DNA from: Clostridia bacterium
GTDB lineage: Bacteria; Bacillota; Clostridia; UMGS1883; UMGS1540
Assembly: GCA_017620205.1 (NCBI GenBank)
Contig: JAFZQX010000034.1
Coordinates: forward strand, 14,506-78,505
Direction: 5' to 3'
Length of the DNA: 64,000 nt
How positions within the stretch are numbered: the first letter of the stretch is position 1; each line of letters opens with the position of its first letter. The notes beneath the pieces were generated by a model. It had not been told where the DNA came from, searched no databases, and was given only the letters and a program-made list of their open reading frames with translations. This document shows positions 21,001 through 30,240 of this stretch, in pieces. The translations under genes and the position numbers were made by a program.

Positions 21001-21902
21001 TGTCAAAGATAAAGAAGGTTATGAGAATAAGCCATAATTATTATGACGGCGTAACTACGGAAAACGCAAAACAGTTTAAGATTTCCGATCCTGCTTTGGA
21101 AAATCAGGATATAACGCTTTCGTTCTGGACAAATATTGACCCGATTTCAAAACAGACAGCAGGTAAGTCTTTCCTCGCAATTGCGCAGTATAACGCAAAG
21201 CGCGACAACGGAACGTTTAAGGACGATAATACAGACTCCAGAGCTACACTCTGGCAGTACAGCATGGACACAAACGATTATGTATATTGGGGCACTGCCT
21301 GGAAATATGAAATCACCATGGACAAATCGAAGCAGTGGCATCACGTTGTAATGACAATTCCGAAATTCTCGGGCGGCGCGAAAGCTGTTAAGGTTTATAT
21401 AGACGGCGAAGAAAAGCTGACGGAGAACGTAAACCTCGGCGGCCACGCTTTGGCTGAATCATGGATAGGCCTCGGCTGCAGCGAAGCAGGCAGATATATA
21501 CCGGGCGACATAAGCTATGCGGACGTTAAGATTTTCGCCGGGGCTATGTCACCTGACGGCGTTTCAAATCTTTATGACAGCGAAAAGGATTTTTATAACA
21601 ACATGGCTTTAAACAGCATCACCGTTAAAAACGCCTCGGGTGCTGAAATAAATAAACTTACAGATCTTTCGGCAGGCAGCATGGTAACTGTTTCATACAG
21701 CGAAAATATAGCTGACAGCACATTGGTATTTGCAGTTTGCCGCGATGAAAGCGGAAAAATCCTTTCTACAAGCGCGTCTTTGGCAGACGGCAGCGGCACG
21801 CTTTCGCTGACCGTACCCGAAGATGGTAGCTCCGTAAACGTTTATACATGGAGCCTTGCAGGTCTCTCACCGCTGCAAAAGATTACGACGCTTTACAAAT
21901 AA
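18093..21902 (+). CDS. Secreted metallophosphoesterase with FN3-like, two MBG-like and two LamG-like domains and an unnamed C-terminal domain
   Basis: Signal peptide; DCH, GD, GNHE, HH and GHSH calcineurin-like motifs; duplicated ITGYTF..YDGxSH module; WxHxV..V.VYI(N/D)G LamG-like pattern. Confidence 0.85.
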   Translation: MKNKFSKLIAAFMALAFVLTMIPATVSAAWSVPSQAVSTPDLRMGLLSDCHIRGTDNSVFTRALRPFKEMGGVEAIGIVGDLVYTAAGVESLEQREALYTNALNGWNSVFTSNAPEMIYTMGNHEFTLNSSDATQAATAKQAFKNKIGDYDSVRKVNGFTFITAAPKNYLGALSSDTESFIMTNAQAAIAEDPNKPVFLLIHHPPKDIFYGTMYTNVPAFYSSTFYNFLHTTPQIVFICGHSHPPIQDPKCIHQYQGGYTCLDMPMSGLTVFRYTGYEQDELWSDRVVWDYVSGTYLMEVKDNVVYIHKLDVLNNRYVGEPYVIDVPKMVAGTGGYNYTDARYDIATAPTYPEDAAITLSEPEAGKLKVVFANTATKTEESAPGMADNFVMGYQITLRNASTNAVISTKKIYGDFFKDQPSVKQTSFSDLTAGTRYRVSVAPVSAFNKVGNEVSKEILIGSDTITGYTFRGSSVTYDGQSHMINVTAGTGATDGVTVTYTVGGAPFSGATEIGTYPVTATITKAGYNDLVLSATLRIKDPAEAGKEVLLDLDFSNFSAVGYTPTEASVVPGGGPSGVTASGMWASGTTLGFSKRPSENAITKETIHNANDGITYYVDYVDEKTYPNVTAPNSYNQHLINMKLRNEEFEDTANTISFWADVTASNVWKEIFAYRVDFGGSSVESFDLGINADGTWNALSVPTSAKTISSTQAFCLPADASGEFTVPKGWKHIVITNPVCSGNKKTMDVYINGAYVKSVTLDIPDNAAINTVSCSFFSKANSSDGWWRTRDAVAPHGTLGGFKVYQGVLSAADIIDLYNEQLPEFSEGTPLSDITGYTFEDATAEYDGESHSIAVTAASDATEGVNISYTVNGAPFTGATEVGTYNIKATLTKEGYNNLELTATLTIDPAQAPPVDDGEVLVDLDFTDLAPTEEAGASGIVNRGTLTSAQLDFYSSNGISVTTDFLYDKDDLSKIKKVMRISHNYYDGVTTENAKQFKISDPALENQDITLSFWTNIDPISKQTAGKSFLAIAQYNAKRDNGTFKDDNTDSRATLWQYSMDTNDYVYWGTAWKYEITMDKSKQWHHVVMTIPKFSGGAKAVKVYIDGEEKLTENVNLGGHALAESWIGLGCSEAGRYIPGDISYADVKIFAGAMSPDGVSNLYDSEKDFYNNMALNSITVKNASGAEINKLTDLSAGSMVTVSYSENIADSTLVFAVCRDESGKILSTSASLADGSGTLSLTVPEDGSSVNVYTWSLAGLSPLQKITTLYK

Positions 21903-21914
21903 TATTAAAAACAC

Positions 21915-21952
21915 AAAAAAAGCAGACGGATTAAAAATCCGTCTGCTTTTTT
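21915..21952. terminator. Bidirectional terminator
   Basis: AAAAAAGCAGACGGATT/AATCCGTCTGCTTTTTT. Confidence 0.85.
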
Positions 21953-21959
21953 ATCATCT

Positions 21960-24900
21960 TTAGTTAAAAACAAAGCTTTTGTATAAAGGTTTCATGCCGT
22001 CCATGGCGTCCCAGGTAAATATTTTTACAGTGTCATATACACCGGATTGTAAATTGAATGTATAATACGATTCACCTTCGGGAATCACATCGTTTTTGCT
22101 GCTGATTCCCACAAGCTTATCGCCCGAATAAAGCGCCAGAATAACGGTGGGTTTTATATCCCCGCCCGTTTTGTTATCGACAGCGAACAAAAAGGTTGGT
22201 TGATCGGCTGAATTCAGTTCAAAGCTTATGCCGCGCACGCTTCTGTATTCGATGTTGTGCGCGTAATCTAAAGCTTCAACTGTTATTGTTTCTTCATCCG
22301 GAAAATCACTTATGTCAACCGTACACTCCGTTTCGGAAATACCTTTTACGCGAACGACTTGCATGTATTCATGCCCATTCTCCTTTATGCCGTGCAGTAT
22401 AAAGCCCATCATATACCTGTTATCCTTTGCCGCAACGGTTAAGGTTTTTTCTTCTTTATTTATTTCAAACTTTGTGATTTCGGGCGGCTCTGTATCAATA
22501 TAAAACTTAAATGTTTCGCACACGTTTTGCTCATACGGGTCATTCCCGGCAAAGCCCGTATGCAGCTCTAAAGTGTAATCGCCGTCCGGTAAATTTTCAA
22601 AATCATCCCCCTTGAAAGAATGCACTGTTTGCGCAAATTTTCTACCTTCCAGCTCTTCATCAAGGGTCTGTCTGGCAACCTCTTCACCGTTTGCGTCAAA
22701 TACCACGCAATCCGTTTTTCCCATAGTCCTCATCGGAAAAAAAGTTATACCCAGATAATCCGCCTCATTATCTCCGTTTGGCGAATAGCCGGCGTAATCC
22801 TCACTGCAGTATTCGTTATAATTATCGTACCTTTCATAAATAAACGAATTTGCGCCCATTCTGAAAGCGGCCTCGTAAGCGCCGAATGTGCCGTCGAAAT
22901 CAAACCTTGTTTCTGTACATAAATACGTTTTGCCGGATAAATTTCCGCCGCTGAAATACGGCTTATCAATCATGGGTTGCTTTCCCCATCCGCCGTAAAA
23001 GCCCATAAACGGTATGCTTATTTCCGGAATTTCCGCATCATCGGAGCTTCCCAGAAATACAAATCCGTCAACGTAAAATCCGTTTGTAAACGTTTCCATA
23101 TTGGCGTCAAGCTCATCTTTGCAGAGCGCTACGGGTATTTCTATTTCCGCTTCGCCTCCCGCAGGCACAGTTACGCTTTCGGGCAGTTCCGCTTCAAAGG
23201 AGAGCTTTCTCATATCGCTTATTAATCCGTTTTCATCAACATTGTCCGTCATAAGCGTTATGCTTATTTTGTCATAAACCACGGGCTCAGTTGAAAAGCT
23301 GCGCGCTTTAAATCTGAGAGTAAAGCTATCGCCTATTTCCTTAAGGCTTATCTTTGACTTTTCAAATTCAAAGCCTTCTATATCATATTTGTCGCCTATA
23401 AGCGTTACGGGCGTTTTCACCGCTTTTTCAAGATTTATAAGACCTGCTCCCTGAAGACGCGGCGAATACGGAATTTCATTTTCTGTGTCCTGCATCAAAA
23501 CATCCGCAGATGTCATTATAATGTTTTCTATAAGCGGTACGGGGTTTTGCACATCTTTGAATTTTCTTGGGTTTCCGGTTATATACTGCTTAACCATAGC
23601 AGCCGCGCCCGTCATATGCGGCGCCGCCATGGATGTGCCGGTCATAAATTCATATTCACCGTCACAAACGGACGAATAAATATCTCCGCCGGGCGCCGTG
23701 ATTTCGGGCTTTAATACAAGCGAGCTGTCTGTGCACCATGAACTGCTCTTGCTCATTATCGCGCCGCCTCTGTCATTAAGTCCTATTTTCGCATTTGTTT
23801 TAAGCACACAATTATTTGCGTTTTTAAAAATATACCCGTCGTCCATGGATACGGTTGCGATACTGTAGCTGCCCATCATAGTTCCGGATATCGGTATTTT
23901 GTAATTCGAAGTAGGACTGATAAATACCATGCTCTCGGCACCTGCGGCAGCAGCGTTTGAAATTCTTGTTTGATATGAAAGCTTTCCCGAGCCGCCCATA
24001 ACTGCTATTTTGCCCCGAACATCAACATCTGCAAAATCTTTCCCGCTGCCGTATCCGACAAAAACAAACTCATATTCCCTGTCACTGTATTTTTCTTTAA
24101 AGGACGCTTTTTCATTTGCGTCATAAAACTTTACCTTTTTGCCGTCTGCCGTCATTGTATCAGTTTTTTCCCAAACCATTTGATTATCCACATTTGCAAC
24201 CGCCGTTGCCGCATTATGTACCTTTGGAGCGCCGCTCGCGGAATAATCTATAAGCTGCGGAGGCGGGGTATTCCGTTCAAAGCCTCTCGCTGCGTTTCCT
24301 GCGGAGGCAGAAAAAAGCACACCGGCTTTTACGGCAGCATTTACGGCTTTTTCCTCCGCCTTGCAGATTTCAAAATAGTCATAACCAAAGCTTGCGTTTA
24401 TAACGTCCGCGCCGAGCTTTACCGCATCGTCAATAGCCGCAAGCACCGCGTCGTCGGAAATACCGTCGCCCCTGCCGGTGCCCATTAAAAGCAGCTGCGC
24501 GTCCGACGCCATCGAGAGGTATTTTTCGCCCGCGGGGTTTGTACCGAAGTTGCCCGCGGCAATGCCCGCAACATGCTGACCGTGATTCGTCCCACTGTCA
24601 TACATATTGGTGCTGTTTTCGTAATAGTTAAAAGCATAGGGAATTTTCTCGCTGCGGTAAACACTGTCCGCTGTTACGTTCCCGTTTGCCGCAATCGTTG
24701 AAAGGCCGACATTTTCTATGATATCCGCAATATCGTCCTTTGAAAGCTTCGGGTTTTCTGTTTTGCCTTTGAAAATCTCATGATTTACGTCAAAGCCGCA
24801 GTCAACTATGGCAATAACCATACCCTTGCCCGTATAGCCCATGCTGTGCATATAATCCGCATGTATCATCTCACAGCAGGTGTCTACCCCCGGGCTTTCG

Positions 24901-25322
24901 CTTGTTCCGCCCGTGTTTTCGCCTTCTGTTATCTCATGCGTGCCCGAAATATAAACGTTTAAAACTTCGGGCAGCGCCTTTATGCGCTCTATTTCGCTTT
25001 CATAAACGTCCATGGAAAAACCGTTTAAAACGTGCGTATATGTAAAGGCCGGTGCTGCGTCTTTATCAATGCCGCTGTTTATCGCTTCGCAAACGTCTTT
25101 CTGCTCCTGCCTTATTTCGCTTTCTATATCCGCCGCTTCTTCCGTTGCGGAAAACAGCTTAAATCCCATTTCCTGCGCTTTTTGAGCATCCAGCACGGCG
25201 CCGCCGCAAAGCTCTACTATAACTGTTATCTTTTCGCCCTTATCTTCCTCAGCCACAGCGCCTGCAGGCAGGATAAAAGCCATTGCAAGAGCCAAAAATA
25301 ATGATAGTACTTTCTTCTTCAT
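21960..25322 (-). CDS. Secreted S8 subtilase, lactocepin/C5a-peptidase-like (I9 propeptide, PA, Fn3-like domains)
   Basis: Catalytic triad IAIVDCG / NHGQHVAGIAAG / GTSMAAPH; LKPEITAPGG; YSPRLQGAG; YSPNGD. Confidence 0.9.
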   Translation of the reverse strand: MKKKVLSLFLALAMAFILPAGAVAEEDKGEKITVIVELCGGAVLDAQKAQEMGFKLFSATEEAADIESEIRQEQKDVCEAINSGIDKDAAPAFTYTHVLNGFSMDVYESEIERIKALPEVLNVYISGTHEITEGENTGGTSESPGVDTCCEMIHADYMHSMGYTGKGMVIAIVDCGFDVNHEIFKGKTENPKLSKDDIADIIENVGLSTIAANGNVTADSVYRSEKIPYAFNYYENSTNMYDSGTNHGQHVAGIAAGNFGTNPAGEKYLSMASDAQLLLMGTGRGDGISDDAVLAAIDDAVKLGADVINASFGYDYFEICKAEEKAVNAAVKAGVLFSASAGNAARGFERNTPPPQLIDYSASGAPKVHNAATAVANVDNQMVWEKTDTMTADGKKVKFYDANEKASFKEKYSDREYEFVFVGYGSGKDFADVDVRGKIAVMGGSGKLSYQTRISNAAAAGAESMVFISPTSNYKIPISGTMMGSYSIATVSMDDGYIFKNANNCVLKTNAKIGLNDRGGAIMSKSSSWCTDSSLVLKPEITAPGGDIYSSVCDGEYEFMTGTSMAAPHMTGAAAMVKQYITGNPRKFKDVQNPVPLIENIIMTSADVLMQDTENEIPYSPRLQGAGLINLEKAVKTPVTLIGDKYDIEGFEFEKSKISLKEIGDSFTLRFKARSFSTEPVVYDKISITLMTDNVDENGLISDMRKLSFEAELPESVTVPAGGEAEIEIPVALCKDELDANMETFTNGFYVDGFVFLGSSDDAEIPEISIPFMGFYGGWGKQPMIDKPYFSGGNLSGKTYLCTETRFDFDGTFGAYEAAFRMGANSFIYERYDNYNEYCSEDYAGYSPNGDNEADYLGITFFPMRTMGKTDCVVFDANGEEVARQTLDEELEGRKFAQTVHSFKGDDFENLPDGDYTLELHTGFAGNDPYEQNVCETFKFYIDTEPPEITKFEINKEEKTLTVAAKDNRYMMGFILHGIKENGHEYMQVVRVKGISETECTVDISDFPDEETITVEALDYAHNIEYRSVRGISFELNSADQPTFLFAVDNKTGGDIKPTVILALYSGDKLVGISSKNDVIPEGESYYTFNLQSGVYDTVKIFTWDAMDGMKPLYKSFVFN

Positions 25323-25473
25323 ATTTCCTCCTTAAAGTTGTTTTGCAACTTCATAATAATAACATATTTTAACATTTTTGTAAATAGCAAGGCGAAAAAA
25401 CAATTTCCTTGAACTTATACGGCTTTTGTGATAAAATTATATTAACCTATTTTTTATAAGGAAGGTGCGTTTT

Positions 25474-27594
25474 ATGAAAAAGAGAATTCTTACGGTTATG
25501 CTTTCGGCATTACTTATACTTACGCTTGTTCCGCTTTCTGCAGGCGCGTATAAATTTGCGGGCTGGACGGCTTACGCAGAGACAACCATATACGCAAGCG
25601 AATTCAAGGAAGGCATGTGCCTGGCACTTGAGCACGACACAACGATTATTCTCGACACGGACGCTTCTTTGTGCGCCATTGCAAGCGATTCACATTCTCT
25701 TACGGTAAAGGATCAGGGCGGACACAAGCTTTCCGTTATAAACGATGACGGCAACGCAATTGCAGTCGACAGTTTAACGCTTGAAGGCGGTACATACGAT
25801 CTTCAGGGCAACGCCGGTTACTGCTTCGGCATACATGCGCAGAACGAAATCGTTATAGATGGTGCTGACGTTACCGTTTTGGGCTCATACGAAGGCATCT
25901 TCTCACTAAATGCAAACATTACGATAAAAAACAGTACCGTTTCGTCAGCGGGCGGCTATGACACCCACGCAAGCGCAATATCAACAAATAAGGGCAGTAT
26001 TTACATAGAAAACAGCACCGTTTCCGCAAAATCGGGCGGCGACGGTATTTATGCTTTGGGCGGCGACGGCAAAGGAAGCTTGCTCAGCGTTAAAAACTCA
26101 AACATAAACACACTCGGCGGCAGGAGCGGCATGACGGCTTCAAACGGCTGCGTTCAGATAGAGAGCGGAAAAATAGAATCGCAGGGCAGCTCCTACGGCA
26201 TTGCCGCGTATGACGGCAAAGAAAGCATAGGCGATATACGCATATCGGGCGGCGATATTATGGCCATCGGCGGCATACACGGCGTTTATACCGCGTCAAA
26301 CGGCTCTGCAATCATAACAGGCGGCACGGTTTCAATTGAGGGCGGTATAGGCGGCGAAATTGATATATCGGAATATCCCGACCCGTTTGTAAAAGTTTCA
26401 ACAACTTCATCATCGGCGCTCAGCGCCGTAGCATGGAGCGGAGCAGACGCTTTAAATGACGAGAATTACATATATGTCGGAATATCGCCCCGCAAAAACA
26501 CGCACACGGTAAACGTAGGCGCGCTTTCCGTCCGCGATGAACCGAGCGCCGACGGCGCGCGCATAGGCGGTCTTAAGGAAGGCGATGAGGTAAAGGTTGT
26601 AGCGGAAGACGGAGAATGGTCAAAAATAGAATACGGCACCGGCTACGGCTGGGTTATGAGCAAATATTTAACACCAATTAAAGGCGAAAAAACAGCAAAT
26701 ACCGTCAGCGAACTCTATATGACGGTTTCTGTGCCTGTAGTCGGAAATACGCCGGGCTATCTTACAACTTGCTCCGACGGTGTGGTTGTAAACATAACAT
26801 GGTACCGCAAGGTATTAAATGAAAAGAATATTGAAGACTGGGAAGAAATGCCCAAAACCGCTAAATTTCAGGCGGGCAAAGAATATGGAGTAGTTATTGA
26901 CATTGAAACGGAAGACGACAGCTATGTATATGATTCAAAGGACAACTTGACGATTCACTTAGACGGTTCTCTGCTGCCCAAAGATAAAATTCTCTCCGCA
27001 TCGGGCGACGCTCTTAAAATATACAAAGAGTATAAACTCCCCGAAGAAGAAAAGCAAGATACTGAAGCCAAAACGCCGAAATATGACAACCCGTTTGTCG
27101 ATGTAGATGAAGGCGACTACTATTATGACGCGGTTATGTGGGCATACTATTCGGACCCGCAGGTTACAAAAGGCGTTGATGAAACGCGCTTCGGACCCGA
27201 TTCCACGGTTACGCGCGGCCAGTGCGTTACTTTCTTATGGCGCGCAGAGGGCTGCCCCGAACCTAAATCAAAGGATAACCCCTTTACGGACGTCAAAAAG
27301 AGCGACTATTACTATGACGCTATATTATGGGCAGTTGAAAACGGCATTACATACGGCACAACGGACACCACCTTCTCACCTAATGCCACCTTGACAACAC
27401 AGCATATTATTACGTTTATGTACCGCTGCCAAAACCCCGGACTTGACGGCTGGGACGGCGAAGCGGCAGAGTGGGCAGGCAAAAACTACGGCGGCAAGCC
27501 GTTCGGCGTACAGATAGCGGTAAACAACAAAACCGACTGTCCGCGCTGGTGCGTTGTTCAGTTCCTTTTCGAGCTGTATGTGCCGAGACTCTGA
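25474..27594 (+). CDS. Secreted beta-helix + SH3b + SLH domain protein
   Basis: Signal peptide; beta-helix-type repeats; LSVRDEPS..GEWSKIEY..GWV (SH3b); FxDV..YYYDAV.WA..F.P..VTRGQ (SLH). Confidence 0.85.
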   Translation: MKKRILTVMLSALLILTLVPLSAGAYKFAGWTAYAETTIYASEFKEGMCLALEHDTTIILDTDASLCAIASDSHSLTVKDQGGHKLSVINDDGNAIAVDSLTLEGGTYDLQGNAGYCFGIHAQNEIVIDGADVTVLGSYEGIFSLNANITIKNSTVSSAGGYDTHASAISTNKGSIYIENSTVSAKSGGDGIYALGGDGKGSLLSVKNSNINTLGGRSGMTASNGCVQIESGKIESQGSSYGIAAYDGKESIGDIRISGGDIMAIGGIHGVYTASNGSAIITGGTVSIEGGIGGEIDISEYPDPFVKVSTTSSSALSAVAWSGADALNDENYIYVGISPRKNTHTVNVGALSVRDEPSADGARIGGLKEGDEVKVVAEDGEWSKIEYGTGYGWVMSKYLTPIKGEKTANTVSELYMTVSVPVVGNTPGYLTTCSDGVVVNITWYRKVLNEKNIEDWEEMPKTAKFQAGKEYGVVIDIETEDDSYVYDSKDNLTIHLDGSLLPKDKILSASGDALKIYKEYKLPEEEKQDTEAKTPKYDNPFVDVDEGDYYYDAVMWAYYSDPQVTKGVDETRFGPDSTVTRGQCVTFLWRAEGCPEPKSKDNPFTDVKKSDYYYDAILWAVENGITYGTTDTTFSPNATLTTQHIITFMYRCQNPGLDGWDGEAAEWAGKNYGGKPFGVQIAVNNKTDCPRWCVVQFLFELYVPRL

Positions 27595-27707
27595 TTTTTT
27601 ATAAACAAAGCCGCCCTGCGGGGCGGTTTTTTTGTGTTTCTAATTTTATTTTAATTTTAGACTGTTATAATAAAACCAATTCAAACATCAGGAAGGGGGG
27701 CGACAGT

Positions 27708-28126
27708 ATGCATGGGGAAAAACACTTCCGCCACGAGCTTAAATACGCCATACCCTACGGAGACTATCTCGCTATGCGCGCGCGTCTTAAAATGATTATG
27801 ACGCCCGATCCGCATACGGTTACGGACGGCAAATACAAAATACGCAGTATTTATTTTGACAACAGCGACGATAAGGCTTCGGCGGCAAAAAAGAGGACGG
27901 CGCGGAAGCCTCTGACGGCGAAGACACGGAAGACGGCGTTATAGCGGAAACAAATGTAAAAAGCAACAAACGCGACCGCGCCTTCGGCAATCCCCCTCCG
28001 TTTATGGGCGAGTCCGCGGAAGATACAGCCGCAAAAAGAAGCAAAAACCTTAAAACATACGGCATTTACTTTGCTTTAATGCTTGCAGCTATGATTTTAG
28101 TTAAAGTTTTAAAGCGCAGGAGATAA
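27708..28126 (+). pseudogene. Deletion chimera: VTC (polyphosphate polymerase) N-terminus joined out of frame to a membrane-anchored C-terminus
   Basis: MHGEKHFRHELKY..YKIRSIYFDNSDDKA breaks off at ~27878; another frame reads GFGG..FALMLAAMILVKVLKRRR* to 28126. Confidence 0.75.
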
Positions 28127-28200
28127 ACAGCTTAAACCATGCCAAAAGCGCCCCTTATGAGCGTTTTTGGCATGATGTTTCAAAAAAAGAAAAAAAACTA

Positions 28201-28229
28201 TTGACAATAACATTAAACCGTGCTATAAT
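28201..28229 (+). promoter_or_regulatory. sigmaA promoter of tRNA pair
   Basis: TTGACA-17-TATAAT with extended TG. Confidence 0.85.
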
Positions 28230-28252
28230 ACATTTTGCATGTCAAGTAAAAT

Positions 28253-28328
28253 GCTGGTGTAGCTCAATTGGTAGAGCAGCTGATTTGTAATCAGCAGGTC
28301 GCGGGTTCGAGTCCCATCACCAGCTCCA
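28253..28328 (+). tRNA. tRNA-Thr(UGU)
   Basis: 76-nt cloverleaf, anticodon loop TTTGTAA, GGTTCGAG T-arm, encoded CCA. Confidence 0.96.
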
Positions 28329-28334
28329 TTAAGC

Positions 28335-28419
28335 GGAGGGGTTCCCGAGTGGCCAAAGGGGGCAGACTGTAAATCTGTTGTCAGTGACTTCGGTGGTTCG
28401 AATCCACCCCCCTCCACCA
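28335..28419 (+). tRNA. tRNA-Tyr(GUA)
   Basis: 85 nt with long variable arm, CTGTAAA loop, encoded CCA. Confidence 0.96.
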
Positions 28420-28500
28420 TCCAAAACCCGAAATATTTTATTTCGGGTTTTGCTATTCTATAATGGTTTTTACAAAAGCAAATTAAGAAAGGACAAGCTT

Positions 28501-29403
28501 ATGAACGTTCGAACATATTTAAAAGTTCTGCTTATCACCTTACTTATTGTATCTGTTATGGCTCTTGGCTTTATTGCATACTATATCTGGACAACCAACG
28601 TTTGGGGCGCCTATGCTTTTAAATCAGGTCAGCACGGCGACGCTCTCGATGAAATAGAAGGCAGCAGGATAAATACACTTGTTGTCGGCAAAGACAGAGT
28701 TGCCGATAATACCGACACTATTTTGGTTATGTCTGCCGATACAAGCGATTCCAATATTTATATCGTTTCCATACCGCGTGATACAAAGGTTTCCGTAAAC
28801 GGAAGAACGATGAAGATAAACGCTGTTTACAGCTACGCAAAATACTCAGGTGAAGCGCCCGAAGAGCTTCTTATTGATACGGTAAAAGAAGTTACGGGTA
28901 TTAAAATAAATAATTACGCAATAATCGATACAAAAGCGTTCCGCGAAATTGTTGACGCTTTGGACGGCGTTGAGTATGACGTTCCGCGTGACTATAACTA
29001 TGACGATCCGTATCAGGATCTTCATATTCATATCAAGAAAGGTTTTCAGACGCTCTATGGCGAAGACGCGGAGGGTCTTGTCAGATACAGACATGACTAT
29101 GCCAGAGCCGACCTCGAACGTGTTGAAGTTCAGCAGTCGTTTATAAAAGAGCTTATCAAGCAGAAATTAAAAGCAAAATATATAACAAAAGCTCCCAAGG
29201 TATATCGTTCGGCACAGGAAAATATAACAAGTAATTTCACCGTTAATGAGCTTATGGAATACGCAAGAAAACTGAAGGATATTTCCGACGATACAATTCA
29301 TACGTTTACGATCCCCGGAGAGGCGCGTATGATAAACGGCGCTTCCTACTTTATTATATATGAAGAGGAAACAAAAGAGATGGTTCGTAAATATTTTGAA
29401 TAA
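28501..29403 (+). CDS. LCP (LytR-CpsA-Psr) family wall-polymer ligase
   Basis: N-terminal TM; TDTI, SIPRDT, KINAVY, VDALDGV and VRYR..D..R...QQ motifs. Confidence 0.9.
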   Translation: MNVRTYLKVLLITLLIVSVMALGFIAYYIWTTNVWGAYAFKSGQHGDALDEIEGSRINTLVVGKDRVADNTDTILVMSADTSDSNIYIVSIPRDTKVSVNGRTMKINAVYSYAKYSGEAPEELLIDTVKEVTGIKINNYAIIDTKAFREIVDALDGVEYDVPRDYNYDDPYQDLHIHIKKGFQTLYGEDAEGLVRYRHDYARADLERVEVQQSFIKELIKQKLKAKYITKAPKVYRSAQENITSNFTVNELMEYARKLKDISDDTIHTFTIPGEARMINGASYFIIYEEETKEMVRKYFE

Positions 29404-29437
29404 TTTTGCCAAAATTTTTTAAACCCTTAAAAAAAGC

Positions 29438-29466
29438 TTGACAATAAAATATCAATGGCATATAAT
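29438..29466 (+). promoter_or_regulatory. sigmaA promoter
   Basis: TTGACA-17-TATAAT. Confidence 0.85.
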
Positions 29467-29515
29467 ATTATTTGGTTCGATGTATTTTCGTACCGTTTAA
29501 GGAGAATGTTTAATT

Positions 29516-30163
29516 ATGAAAAAAAGTATTATTTTCCTTCTTTGTGCATCGCTTCTTTTTATGATTGCAGCCTGCGGCAACACTACGGAAACTCCCGAAG
29601 CTACAGCTGTTCCCGAAGCAACAGAGGCACCGGCCGAAACAGCCGCGCCCGAAGAAACCACAGATAAGGAGACTGAAAAAGTAATGGTTGAAATAACAAT
29701 GGAAAACGGCGGCGTAATGGAACTGGAACTTTATCCGGACATTGCACCCATAACAGTTGAAAACTTTGTTAAACTCGCAAACGAAGGCTTTTATGACGGC
29801 CTTACGTTCCACAGAATTATAAAAGGCTTTATGATCCAGGGCGGCGACCCGGAAGGTACGGGTATGGGCGGCTCTGATACTAACATCAAAGGCGAATTCA
29901 CATCAAACGGCGTTAAAAACGACTTAAAGCACGAGAGAGGCGTTATCTCAATGGCGCGCGCGCAAGACCCCAACAGCGCAAGCTCACAGTTTTTCATCGT
30001 TCATGAAGATTCCCTCTTCCTTGACGGTCAGTATGCCGCTTTCGGTAAGATGACATCGGGCTTTGAAGTTTTGGACTCTCTTGCGGAAACTCCCGTTTTA
30101 GATTCAAACGGAACTGTTGCTCCGGAAAATCAGCCCAAAATAAAATCAATAAAAATAAAGTAA
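29516..30163 (+). CDS. Cyclophilin-type peptidyl-prolyl isomerase, lipoprotein
   Basis: Lipobox IAAC; FHRIIKGFMIQGGDP, SMAR and SQFFI motifs. Confidence 0.92.
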   Translation: MKKSIIFLLCASLLFMIAACGNTTETPEATAVPEATEAPAETAAPEETTDKETEKVMVEITMENGGVMELELYPDIAPITVENFVKLANEGFYDGLTFHRIIKGFMIQGGDPEGTGMGGSDTNIKGEFTSNGVKNDLKHERGVISMARAQDPNSASSQFFIVHEDSLFLDGQYAAFGKMTSGFEVLDSLAETPVLDSNGTVAPENQPKIKSIKIK

Positions 30164-30240
30164 TTTATGGCTATCGCGAGACACTTATATTACTTAATTA
30201 ATTTGCCTGTCTCGTAATAAATATATTGGAGGTTTTACAC

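Noticed and set aside
28223-28500. ORF 28223-28420 and the 5' extension of the LCP ORF from 28378
   Set aside because: They overlap tRNA-Thr and tRNA-Tyr; the LCP gene starts at 28501 after AAGGA
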